The notes: a model not told the origin generated them from the letters alone. 32,000 nucleotides of DNA from Tannockella kyphosi (GCF_021054785.1 NZ_CP088239.1:360001-392000), one strand, 5' to 3'. Numbered from the stretch's first letter, positions 6,434 through 15,588 are shown. Translations and numbers: made by a program.

Positions 6434-8653
6434 ATGAAAAATTATACTAGAAAATCACATAAATATACGGATGCAACAAGAGTGTTATTACTTTGTATGT
6501 TAATAGCCCTGGGATCTGTTATCGGTAATAATAAGATGTATGCAGATGAATTAAATGGAACTGCATCAATGGATATTACTCTTCTTGAAATAGAGGGTAT
6601 TACGTTTGATGTAGATATTGAATTAGTTTTCCTTATTGGTGACAATTATTATTGGGGTGCTCAAGAACAAGTTAATGCGGTTGAGGTATATGTAAATGGT
6701 GAAATAGTTGAACAATCATTTGTAGCTGGTCAATACGATGATACATTTGAAAGTGCTGGTTATAAATTATCATTAACAGATGTAGCAGCTGGGGCCCTTA
6801 TCGAGGTTAGAAATGTTAGTGTAGAATTACTCGATGATTGGGATGGTTCAATTATTGATGGGGCTAAAACAGCCGTCACAGTAACAAGCAGTGATGAAAA
6901 CTTCCCACTTGATATTACAAATGATGGTGTCGGAGAATTCTCATCAACTGAAGCATTAAATTTTGATGTCACTTTAGAAATAACAAATAGGCTGGAAACA
7001 GAAACAGACCAAGATACAAATTATACATCGGATACTTTCTTAACAACTGGTGGAAGTTACGATTTAGAATACTTATTATCACATTATAATGTGATTTCTA
7101 GAAACGATATAGTGGCTACTCATATTGTTGGACCTATTATTGCTGGAGCTTCAGTATATTACCATTCAGATGATGAAATAGGTTCGGATACGGTAACACC
7201 AACAGCAAGTATATCAGTTTCGGATTATGCAAAAGGAATTTCAAGTTTTATTGGTGATTTACTACCCCTAGATGCAGGGTGGGAAGTAACTTCTACCGCT
7301 TTATTAACTTATGGTTTCGAAAATACAGATGCTGGATTTGTTCTTCCTGCTTTCTATACTACTCTTAGCGATGTGTTTATTAGCTTAGGTGAGGAAACAT
7401 GGACTCAGTGGTATGTTACAAAAGATGATGTAACTTTCAAATCTCCAAACTATTCTGCTCAAGGAGATATTTATCAAAATGATTATTATGTAGATTTTAG
7501 TGAGATGTATGGTTCTATTTTAGCACAAGGTGAGGATTTAGTGGATGAAGGGTCTATTGAAGGGCAACAAACAACTGTTGTTCAAGTTACGCCAGCTGAT
7601 TATGTAGATGGAGTATTAACAATAGATGCAGAAAAAAGTTATACAATTTTAGATGCTACTGGATTAGATACAATTCGTATTAATTATCCTGAAGATTACG
7701 ATGATGAGACTAATAATTATTTGGATGCAACAACAGTAAGTTTTGCAGGTGATAATTTAAGCAAGATTACATTAGATGATGGTGAAACATATTCTATTTT
7801 CCCAGTTATCGAACTTTATTTAAATGGAGAAAAGATTGTAAATAGTTATGGTAGTGGGGGTAAAGGTGTTGAATATGGAGAACAAGGAAATCAAATTGTC
7901 TTCAATTTACCTTATGTTACTGGAAGTATGGTTCTAGGTGATCAAAATGATGATATTCAAGGACATATCATTGCTCCTAATGTTGATTTATATCGTTATG
8001 CTTTTACAGGTACAACGATAACAGGATGGGGTGGAGGAAATATTAATGGTTGTGTAATCGTTAATGACTTCCATAGTGGAGAAACAGAATTACATATGTT
8101 CCCATATACTGGAACTGAAATGCAAATGATTGAAGTTATTATTGAAGGTGATAAAACATTTATTGATGGTGACTTATCAGATATGAGTTTTGATTTTATA
8201 TTAGAATTAGTAGACGAAAGTCAAGAAAGTGATTTTACAGCTGGGATTTTCCCATTAACAGCTACAACGGATGCACAAGGGAACTTTGTGTTTGATGATA
8301 TAGAATTCTCAAAAACAGGTACATATGAGTTTATGATTAGTGAAGTAATACCAGATAGTACTGGTAGTGTTATCTATGACCAAAGTGTTTATATGGTTAC
8401 TGTAGATATTACAATTACAAATAGTCAGTATGTATCGAATGTAACTATTAGTAAAGTAGTAAATAGTGAAGGAGAACAAGTTAGTGAAAGTGTTGATACT
8501 ATCTATTTTGAAAACAGTATAGATCAACCAAGTTATGAAGACTTTGTTTTACCTAACACAGGAGGTTTTGGGGCTTTGCATTATTATGTTTTAGGAATTA
8601 TGGTTATAGGTTTATCAATCATTCTTAAAAAAGAGGAAAGAGGAGGAAATTAG
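6434..8653 (+). CDS. LPXTG-anchored large pilus-associated adhesin (probable tip pilin)
   Basis: Signal peptide, and a C-terminal LPNTG + hydrophobic segment + KKEERGG sorting signal. The central region resembles the choice-of-anchor A domain (YNVISRNDIVATHIVGPIIAG...GHIIAPNVDL...NINGCVIV). The C-terminal region looks like a pilin isopeptide-linkage domain (FDFILEL...GTYEFMISEV...YDQSVYMVTVDI). RBS GGAGGTG. Confidence 0.75.
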   Translation: MKNYTRKSHKYTDATRVLLLCMLIALGSVIGNNKMYADELNGTASMDITLLEIEGITFDVDIELVFLIGDNYYWGAQEQVNAVEVYVNGEIVEQSFVAGQYDDTFESAGYKLSLTDVAAGALIEVRNVSVELLDDWDGSIIDGAKTAVTVTSSDENFPLDITNDGVGEFSSTEALNFDVTLEITNRLETETDQDTNYTSDTFLTTGGSYDLEYLLSHYNVISRNDIVATHIVGPIIAGASVYYHSDDEIGSDTVTPTASISVSDYAKGISSFIGDLLPLDAGWEVTSTALLTYGFENTDAGFVLPAFYTTLSDVFISLGEETWTQWYVTKDDVTFKSPNYSAQGDIYQNDYYVDFSEMYGSILAQGEDLVDEGSIEGQQTTVVQVTPADYVDGVLTIDAEKSYTILDATGLDTIRINYPEDYDDETNNYLDATTVSFAGDNLSKITLDDGETYSIFPVIELYLNGEKIVNSYGSGGKGVEYGEQGNQIVFNLPYVTGSMVLGDQNDDIQGHIIAPNVDLYRYAFTGTTITGWGGGNINGCVIVNDFHSGETELHMFPYTGTEMQMIEVIIEGDKTFIDGDLSDMSFDFILELVDESQESDFTAGIFPLTATTDAQGNFVFDDIEFSKTGTYEFMISEVIPDSTGSVIYDQSVYMVTVDITITNSQYVSNVTISKVVNSEGEQVSESVDTIYFENSIDQPSYEDFVLPNTGGFGALHYYVLGIMVIGLSIILKKEERGGN

Positions 8654-8654
8654 A

Positions 8655-10256
8655 ATGAAAAAATTATTAAAAGTATTGCTTGTAGCATTTGTTTTTCTAA
8701 CAAGTATGACAGCAACAGGTGTTTCGACATTTGCAACGACAAGTGGAGATATCGTAGTAACAAATGATCCTGCAGAAACATCAATTACGATTGTAGGGAA
8801 AGATTTTGCAGCTTATCGTATTTTCGATATTACTGTAGGTACAAATGATGATGGAGATACAGTAATTACTAGCTGGGATTTCAATGGTGATTTTGGAGAT
8901 TTCTTCACAGGCACTATGATTGGTGAAGATGCTAATGAATATGTATTCACAGATTTAGATGACGATGCTAAAGTTGGTCGTGCTCTTGAATTAGTAAATA
9001 CTTATGCAGATAACATGACAGCATTTTATGAATTAATGACTGCATTTATTGATGCAAATGGGATAACTGCAGATTATACATTAACTGGAGCAAAAGCAGG
9101 TAACTTAGATACTGAAGAAGCAGTTGCTAGTGACGTAGAATTAGGTTATTATATTGTTGTAGATACTACTGCTGAACCAGGTGTAGATGGAATTGTTGTT
9201 GCAGGTATGATGGATACTGTAACTGGTGATTTAGATATCGCAATTAAATCATTCGCACCAACTGTTTCTAAACAAATTAAAGACAATGATGATGATTCTT
9301 GGCAAGATGTTGCTGATAACCAAATCGGAGATGATGTAGAGTTCTTATTAACAGGTACTTTACCTTCATTAAATAACTTAGAAGCTTATTCTAGCTACTA
9401 CTATGCAATGACAGATACATTAAGTGAAGGATTAAGTTATAATGATGGAACTATCGTTATTTATACAGATTATACAGCGGGAACAGTTTTAGATTCAGAA
9501 TATTATAGTTTATCAGTAAATGAAGAAAATGATGGATTTACTGTTGAATTCAATGTAGAAGATATCGTAACAGATACTTCAGCTTCTCATGTATATGTTT
9601 ACTATACAGCTGAATTAACAACAAAAGCAGCTTTAGATTTTGATAAAAATACAAATACTGTAGTATTAGATTTCAGTAATAATCCTTATGATTCAAGTGA
9701 TAAAGGACAAAGTGAAGATGAAGTTTATGATTATACATTTAGTTTAGATGTTTTCAAAACTACTGCAGATGGAGAAACAGCATTAGCTGATGCTACATTC
9801 GCATTATTTGAAGGTGATGTTCAAATTAACTTAATTTTAATAGATGAAGAAACTAACACATATGCTATTTACGATGGTGAAGCTGCTGATTTAGAAAACG
9901 GTGGACAAATCGTTACTGATGAAACTGGTTTATTTACTATTGTTGGTTTAGATGATGTTAAAACTTATACAATTAAAGAAACTGCTGCTCCTGAAGGATA
10001 TAATGCAATTGATCCAATTGAATTTGTGATTAGTGCAACATATAATGAAACAACAGGTGCTTTAGAAACATTAGTAACTGACAGTGCTTATATTAGTGAA
10101 ACAGATTTAGCAATTACTATTAGAAATACTACAAACTCTTTATTACCTTCAACAGGTGGTATGGGTACAGTGATTTTCTATGGTGCAGGTGCAGTGATTA
10201 TGGTTGGTGCAGTTGTATTATTCTTAAAAAGCCGTAAAGAAGAAGAAAAAAATTAA
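8655..10256 (+). CDS. Major (backbone) pilin, LPXTG-type
   Basis: Signal peptide and a pilin-motif-like FAPTVSKQIK. E-box YTIKETAAPEGYN. LPSTG + TM + KSRKEEEKN sorting signal. Adjacent to a class C sortase. Confidence 0.8.
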   Translation: MKKLLKVLLVAFVFLTSMTATGVSTFATTSGDIVVTNDPAETSITIVGKDFAAYRIFDITVGTNDDGDTVITSWDFNGDFGDFFTGTMIGEDANEYVFTDLDDDAKVGRALELVNTYADNMTAFYELMTAFIDANGITADYTLTGAKAGNLDTEEAVASDVELGYYIVVDTTAEPGVDGIVVAGMMDTVTGDLDIAIKSFAPTVSKQIKDNDDDSWQDVADNQIGDDVEFLLTGTLPSLNNLEAYSSYYYAMTDTLSEGLSYNDGTIVIYTDYTAGTVLDSEYYSLSVNEENDGFTVEFNVEDIVTDTSASHVYVYYTAELTTKAALDFDKNTNTVVLDFSNNPYDSSDKGQSEDEVYDYTFSLDVFKTTADGETALADATFALFEGDVQINLILIDEETNTYAIYDGEAADLENGGQIVTDETGLFTIVGLDDVKTYTIKETAAPEGYNAIDPIEFVISATYNETTGALETLVTDSAYISETDLAITIRNTTNSLLPSTGGMGTVIFYGAGAVIMVGAVVLFLKSRKEEEKN

Positions 10257-10300
10257 TTAAAAGAATATAAAACATATTAGGGAACATGAGGGAGAGTCCA

Positions 10301-11161
10301 ATGAAGAAGAAGAGTTCGACAATTGCATTTGCTTTGTTATTCATTGTTGGTCTTTCCATCATGCTATACCCTAGCTTTTCAAATTTTTACAACAGTTTAT
10401 ATTGTTCACAAGCAATAACTGCTTACCAAGAAGTAATCGAATATCAAATTGAAAACGCAGAAGAACTTTTTGAAGAAGCAAGAGAGTACAATTCAAAGAT
10501 AGTGGAAGGCGCTAGTCAGTTTATTAGTGGAGAACCTTACAATATCGATTATATAAATGCATTTGATATTTACAATGGTATGATAGGATATTTAGAAATT
10601 GATGAAATTGATGTTTCACTACCTATTTATCATGGAACAGCGGAATCAGAATTATCAAGAGGTGTTGGTCATTTAGAGGGATCATCTTTGCCTACTGGTG
10701 ATATTGGTACGCATACTGTATTAAGTGGACATACGGGATTACCGTCTGCTGATTTATTAACAGATTTAGATGAATTAGAAATTGGTGATACGTTTACATT
10801 ACTGATTTTAGATGAAGTATTTACTTATGAAATAGTAGAAATAAATGTTGTATTACCTTCTGATACCTCGTATCTAGGAGTACAAGCTGATAGGGATTTA
10901 GTAACATTGATTACTTGTACACCTTATGGTGTAAATTCACATCGTTTATTAGTTATGGGAGAACGTATTGAAACTCCTGAAGAATATTATACAGAACATG
11001 TTAGTAATAATACTTTTGTATTATTCCAATTAGTGATTTTTATTGTTGTAATCTTGTTTATTTTGTTAATAGTGGTTATAATAAAGAAGAAAAAGAGAAG
11101 TAAAAAACAAAGAGAATTTATTCAAGAAGAAGGGAGCTTAAATGATGAAATATCTACGTAA
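10301..11161 (+). CDS. srtC: Class C (pilin-polymerising) sortase
   Basis: VLSGHTGLP (His), TLITCTPYG (Cys), NSHRLLV (Arg), a lid-like GEPYN, an N-terminal TM and a C-terminal TM anchor + KKKKR. I prefer the ATG at 10301 (after GAGGGAGAG) over the ORF-track 10286. Confidence 0.85.
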   Translation: MKKKSSTIAFALLFIVGLSIMLYPSFSNFYNSLYCSQAITAYQEVIEYQIENAEELFEEAREYNSKIVEGASQFISGEPYNIDYINAFDIYNGMIGYLEIDEIDVSLPIYHGTAESELSRGVGHLEGSSLPTGDIGTHTVLSGHTGLPSADLLTDLDELEIGDTFTLLILDEVFTYEIVEINVVLPSDTSYLGVQADRDLVTLITCTPYGVNSHRLLVMGERIETPEEYYTEHVSNNTFVLFQLVIFIVVILFILLIVVIIKKKKRSKKQREFIQEEGSLNDEIST

Positions 11162-12167
11162 AGCATTTGTAGCAGTTGCTTGTTTATTAGTATGTTTAAT
11201 AAGTGTGGTAAATGTTGAGGCAATGGGTTTAATTGATACTTCAGCCCAAGGATCGATTACAATTAAATATAGTTATGATGATATTGAATTAAGTGGTATT
11301 ACTTGTAAAGTTACCCAAGTAGCTACAATCTCATCTTATGGTGAATACTCTGCAACAGAGAAGTTTGATGGTTTGCCTATGGCAGATGATTATTCTTCGA
11401 ATGAAGAATGGAGCGACTATAAAGATACGTTAGGTGTCTTAATGAACGCTAATTTAATTGAATCTGACTATACTGTAGTAACCAATGAGTATGGATATGT
11501 TACGCTTAGTGGTTTGGCTACTGGATTATATATTATTGAATTTGAAGATTTAACGATTTTAAGTGAAGATGGATTGGTGGAAACAACTTATAGTAGCGAT
11601 ACTGTTTTAGTTTCTGTACCAACTTATGATGTTGTTACTGGTGAATATAGTTATGAACAAACTACAGCACCAAAAGTAGTGATGACAGAAAATGAAGTAG
11701 AAGTTTATGAAGAACCAGAATTGATTTCTGTTTCTGTTAATAAGATTTGGGAAAATGATAATTTATTTAATATTCGACCTACTACAGTAGAAGTTACTTT
11801 ATATTGTGATGGTCAAGTGTATGATGTTATTAATCTAACAATTGAAGATGCTTGGACATATACTTGGGAAGATTTAGATCCTGAATGTGTATGGGCAGTA
11901 TTAGAGACTAGTGTGCATGTTGGATATGAAGTGGGTTATGAAGTTGTAGGAAACATTCATATTATTAAAAACAGTTTCAAATATGATGATGTATTATCTT
12001 ATGAAGAAGATTTTCCAATTATTGATGATGTATTGAGTTTTGAAGAAGAAATTCCTCAAACTGGGGTTGTGCTTTGGCCAATGCAAGCTTTAGCAGCGGT
12101 TGGCGTATTCTTAATAAGTGCGGGACTTATCATAGAAAAACGTGGGAATCATGAAAAAAAGCGCTAA
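11142..12167 (+). CDS. Minor pilin with a CnaB-type domain and an IPQTG sorting signal
   Basis: Signal peptide. CnaB-like VSVNKIWENDNLFNIRPTTVEVTLYCDGQ. C-terminal IPQTG + TM + EKRGNHEKKR. Its start overlaps the sortase stop. Confidence 0.7.
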   Translation: MMKYLRKAFVAVACLLVCLISVVNVEAMGLIDTSAQGSITIKYSYDDIELSGITCKVTQVATISSYGEYSATEKFDGLPMADDYSSNEEWSDYKDTLGVLMNANLIESDYTVVTNEYGYVTLSGLATGLYIIEFEDLTILSEDGLVETTYSSDTVLVSVPTYDVVTGEYSYEQTTAPKVVMTENEVEVYEEPELISVSVNKIWENDNLFNIRPTTVEVTLYCDGQVYDVINLTIEDAWTYTWEDLDPECVWAVLETSVHVGYEVGYEVVGNIHIIKNSFKYDDVLSYEEDFPIIDDVLSFEEEIPQTGVVLWPMQALAAVGVFLISAGLIIEKRGNHEKKR

Positions 12168-12738
12168 ATTATTAATTGTTTCTGGTGCTATTTGTATTTG
12201 TGGTGCTATTGGTTTATTTGCAAAAATGCAAATAGAAAATGCTGCAACAAGTAGTGAAAATTCAGCAGTTACGGATGACTTTAATGCTTATCTGACAACG
12301 CTAGATGGAACAGAAATAAAAGAAGTAGATACGACACAAAACAATGAAAGTGTTTATATTGATGGTGATTTATATTTAGGAATCATTATAATAGAGTCAG
12401 TAGGTATTGAATTACCTGTAAACTATGAATGGACAGATGCAAAATTGAGTTCTTCACCTTGTTATTATGATGGATTGCTTTATGAAGATACTCTTATTAT
12501 TGGTGGACACAATAGTTCTATTCATTTTGGACCACTTCATCAAGTGGAATTAGGTGATATTGTTGAATTTATTGATCCTTCTGGCACAGTACATACATAT
12601 ACAGTTACTGAAAGTTATGTTATTGCTGAAACAGAAGTAGAAGAATTGAAAGATATTGGTGATAGTGATTTAACACTATTCACTTGTTATAGTGATAATA
12701 GTTATAGAAGGGTTATTCGTTGTGAACGAATAAGCTAA
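12151..12738 (+). CDS. Second, small sortase (not class C-like)
   Basis: N-terminal TM, GGHNSSIHF (His), LTLFTC (Cys), YRRVIRC (Arg). The ATG at 12151 lies inside the ORF-track ORF 12142..12738. Confidence 0.7.
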   Translation: MKKSAKLLIVSGAICICGAIGLFAKMQIENAATSSENSAVTDDFNAYLTTLDGTEIKEVDTTQNNESVYIDGDLYLGIIIIESVGIELPVNYEWTDAKLSSSPCYYDGLLYEDTLIIGGHNSSIHFGPLHQVELGDIVEFIDPSGTVHTYTVTESYVIAETEVEELKDIGDSDLTLFTCYSDNSYRRVIRCERIS

Positions 12739-12777
12739 GAATACTATTTTAATGCAAAAGAGCTTCTCCTCTAATTT

Positions 12778-12813
12778 AAACAAAAAACAAGTCGGCTAAC
12801 TTGTTTTTTGTTT
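12778..12813 (+). terminator. Strong intrinsic terminator ending the pilus operon
   Basis: 15-bp perfect stem AAACAAAAAACAAGT / ACTTGTTTTTTGTTT with loop CGGCTA. Confidence 0.8.
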
Positions 12814-12848
12814 ATAGAGGTTTTTTAAAATTAAGTAGTGTGTTTAAG

Positions 12849-12877
12849 TTGATTATATTGATTTAATCAACTATAAT
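12849..12877 (+). promoter_or_regulatory. Promoter of the GGDEF-EAL gene
   Basis: TTGATT (12849-12854), 17-nt spacer, TATAAT (12872-12877). Confidence 0.5.
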
Positions 12878-12922
12878 TTACTTATATGTTTGTACATACA
12901 ATCTTGGGGAGGAGTGGTATGA

Positions 12923-15508
12923 ATGAAGAAGATACTATTTATTTTTGTAATTTGTTTTGCAATTATTTTTTCGAATTTTACTGATATTGAAGCTGCTCCT
13001 ATTCAAACGATAAAAATAGGATATGTTTTAGAGTCAGACTATGAATACACTTATAATTATAGTAGCTATTATCGTTTGATAGTTGATTATTTTGGAGATA
13101 TATATGATGTTTGTGGTAAAGAGTTTGAGTTTGTAGCAATTGATAAAAGTGATTTATTTACAAGTTTAGTAGAAGATGAAGTTGATATTGTAGCATTGTC
13201 TATTAAACCAGAATTTGTTAATGAGTATACTGAGGTTGAAGATAGTTATGTAGAGTCTAAATATATGCTATCTTATGATTCGATAACAAATATTGATTTA
13301 GGGGCTTTTGATGCTTTTACTTTGGATTCTAATACTAATTTAATTGAAACGCTAGAAGCTGCTGCAATTACTTTAGGAACAGATGATGAGGATTATTATA
13401 CGGATTTAATTGATATTTATTTTAATCAAAACTATGATGATTTTGATGTTTTAACTGCTGATGAATGGGAAATATTATCTACAAAAGAAGAATATATCGT
13501 TGCTTATGAATCAGATCATTTTCCTTTTAGCTATACTAATAATATGGGTGAAGCAGATGGTATTTCAGTGGATTTAATGGATGAGATTGCTAGTTATGCA
13601 GGGATTGATATACGATATGTCTGTGATGGCGAAATTGATAATGAGTTTGTGGATATTAATCTTTCTATTTTTGAAAGCAGTTCTATTTCTTATCATAATG
13701 ATGAGAGTGTTGTTTATGTTACTTTTCCATTGGTGGCAGTGGGTAGTGAACGTTTTTATTCGTCTGATGGATATTCATTTGGTTATTTAGATTATACTTT
13801 CTATCTTGAAAATACCGAGGTGTTACCTGATGATAGTATATTATTTGAAAATTATGAAACTTTAGAAGATGCATTGTTTAATGGGGAAGTTGATTATATT
13901 CTTGCAACAAGTGCAATGGCACAGAGTGTTTTAGAAGCTGTTGATGGTGATTATATTATTACTCCTTTAGGGGTAGAGTTTGATGTTACTATGTCTTATT
14001 CTAAATTTTTAGATGAAAGAATTGTTAGCGTTTTTAATAAATTATTAAGTTCTTTAGATTCTGATTTAGTTTATACGATTGTTATTAATTCTATTGCTGA
14101 AAATAATACTTCTTTTACTTTGATGGATGTGGTAGTAACTTATCGATTTGAGATAGCTGCTAATTTGTTTATTAGTGCGGTTGTTATTATTTATTTATAT
14201 CAAAGGAATAGAAAGAAATTATTAGATCAAATATATGTTGATCCTCTTACTGGATTTATGACGGAAAAGAAATTTTTTGTAGAAGCAAAGAAAATTTTAG
14301 AACTAGGAAAACCAGGTTATAGTATTGTTTCTTTTGATATAGATAATTTTAAATATTTAAATGAAACGGTAGGTTATGAAGGTGGTTCAAAACTTATTAA
14401 ATTAACTGCTGATCATATTCGTCATGCTTATGGACCTGATACTTTAATAGCACGTATTTATGGGGATCAATTTTTGGTATTGACCGATAAAGTCTATAAT
14501 GGGAAAACAATTTGTGGAAAAGATAAGTGCGAAGGTTGTATTACAGATTCTTTACGTGAAGTACTATTTAATGAAACGATTTTAAAGACTAGTGTTGGTA
14601 TATATGATATTAAGAATACGGAAGAATCATTATCGTATATGGTTGATTGTGCACATATTGCAAGAAGAATGGGGAAAGGTACTTATGCCCATACTCGATT
14701 TGTGTTTGATGAACAAATGGAGGCTGAATTAAAAATAAAGAATCGTATTGTTGCTGCGATGGAAGGGGCTATTCAAAATAATGAGTTCTTCCCAATGTTC
14801 CAACCAAAGTTTGACTTTAAAACTGGTCAAATTATTGGTTGTGAGGCATTAGTACGTTGGGATTATCATGGTGGTATGTTACCTCCTGATAGTTTCATTC
14901 CTTTGTTTGAACAAAATGGTTTTATTAATGTAGTTGACTTCTTTATCTTAAAAGAAGCTTGTCGAGTTATTCGCTCGATGGAAAATAAAGTCAAAATTGC
15001 TGTTAATATTTCAGGTGTCACGCTATTACAAAAAGGAACAACTCATAAAATTATTACGATTTGTGATGTATATGAGATAGATCATCAATATATTGAAATA
15101 GAAATCACAGAAAGTGCATTTACTTCTAATTATGAGGAAATGATAGTGAAGGTAAATAATTTAAGAGAAGCTGGATTTAGTGTGGCAATGGATGACTTTG
15201 GTTCTGGATTATCATCGTTAAATAGATTGAAGAATTTAAAATTTGATGTTTTAAAAATTGATAAGCAATTTTTAGGGGATTCCCTATCAACTGATCAAGG
15301 CTATGCTATCGTTAAGAGTGTTGTGATGATGGCAAAAGATTTAGAACTAATAATTGTTTGTGAAGGTGTTGAAACAAAAGAACAAGCTAATCTTCTTAAA
15401 GGGTTAGGTTGCGATATTGCCCAGGGATATTATTATTCAAGGCCTTTATTGGAGCAGGATTTTATGGATTTAGTGTATGAAGATGTTAAGTTTACTTCGA
15501 ATAAATAA
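12923..15508 (+). CDS. Membrane sensor c-di-GMP phosphodiesterase (two SBP-like domains, TM, degenerate GGDEF, EAL)
   Basis: Signal/TM segment, then two family-3 solute-binding-like modules (IKIGYVLESDY...; YIVAYESDHFPFSYTNNMGEADGISVDLMDEIA). One TM follows. The GGDEF domain is degenerate: DPLTGFMTEKKF and YGDQF in place of GG[DE]EF. The EAL domain keeps all catalytic motifs: CEALVRW, VNIS, EITES, DDFGSG, KIDKQF, EGVET, QGYYYSRP. Confidence 0.85.
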   Translation: MKKILFIFVICFAIIFSNFTDIEAAPIQTIKIGYVLESDYEYTYNYSSYYRLIVDYFGDIYDVCGKEFEFVAIDKSDLFTSLVEDEVDIVALSIKPEFVNEYTEVEDSYVESKYMLSYDSITNIDLGAFDAFTLDSNTNLIETLEAAAITLGTDDEDYYTDLIDIYFNQNYDDFDVLTADEWEILSTKEEYIVAYESDHFPFSYTNNMGEADGISVDLMDEIASYAGIDIRYVCDGEIDNEFVDINLSIFESSSISYHNDESVVYVTFPLVAVGSERFYSSDGYSFGYLDYTFYLENTEVLPDDSILFENYETLEDALFNGEVDYILATSAMAQSVLEAVDGDYIITPLGVEFDVTMSYSKFLDERIVSVFNKLLSSLDSDLVYTIVINSIAENNTSFTLMDVVVTYRFEIAANLFISAVVIIYLYQRNRKKLLDQIYVDPLTGFMTEKKFFVEAKKILELGKPGYSIVSFDIDNFKYLNETVGYEGGSKLIKLTADHIRHAYGPDTLIARIYGDQFLVLTDKVYNGKTICGKDKCEGCITDSLREVLFNETILKTSVGIYDIKNTEESLSYMVDCAHIARRMGKGTYAHTRFVFDEQMEAELKIKNRIVAAMEGAIQNNEFFPMFQPKFDFKTGQIIGCEALVRWDYHGGMLPPDSFIPLFEQNGFINVVDFFILKEACRVIRSMENKVKIAVNISGVTLLQKGTTHKIITICDVYEIDHQYIEIEITESAFTSNYEEMIVKVNNLREAGFSVAMDDFGSGLSSLNRLKNLKFDVLKIDKQFLGDSLSTDQGYAIVKSVVMMAKDLELIIVCEGVETKEQANLLKGLGCDIAQGYYYSRPLLEQDFMDLVYEDVKFTSNK

Positions 15509-15533
15509 GTTTTTTAGGTGATATAGTGACTAG

Positions 15534-15587
15534 AAACTACTTTTTAAGCACTCTTGCATTGAAAGTGCTAATAAAAGTAGTTTTTTA
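15534..15587 (+). terminator. Compound hairpin terminator after the GGDEF-EAL gene
   Basis: AAACTACTTTT / AAAAGTAGTTT outer stem enclosing an AGCACT / AGTGCT inner stem, followed by a T-run. Confidence 0.7.
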
Positions 15588-15588
15588 G

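Noticed and set aside
6442-8527. Antisense ORFs inside the large adhesin gene (6442..6645, 6760..6972, 8309..8527, all -)
   Set aside because: They are nested in a 739-aa ORF with a signal peptide and an LPNTG signal. There is no independent start context. Most likely frame artefacts.
13581-13790. 69-aa + strand ORF inside the GGDEF-EAL gene in another frame
   Set aside because: It overlaps the well-supported sensor-domain coding frame and has no RBS. Its hydrophobic, Leu/Phe-rich translation is typical of an off-frame reading.
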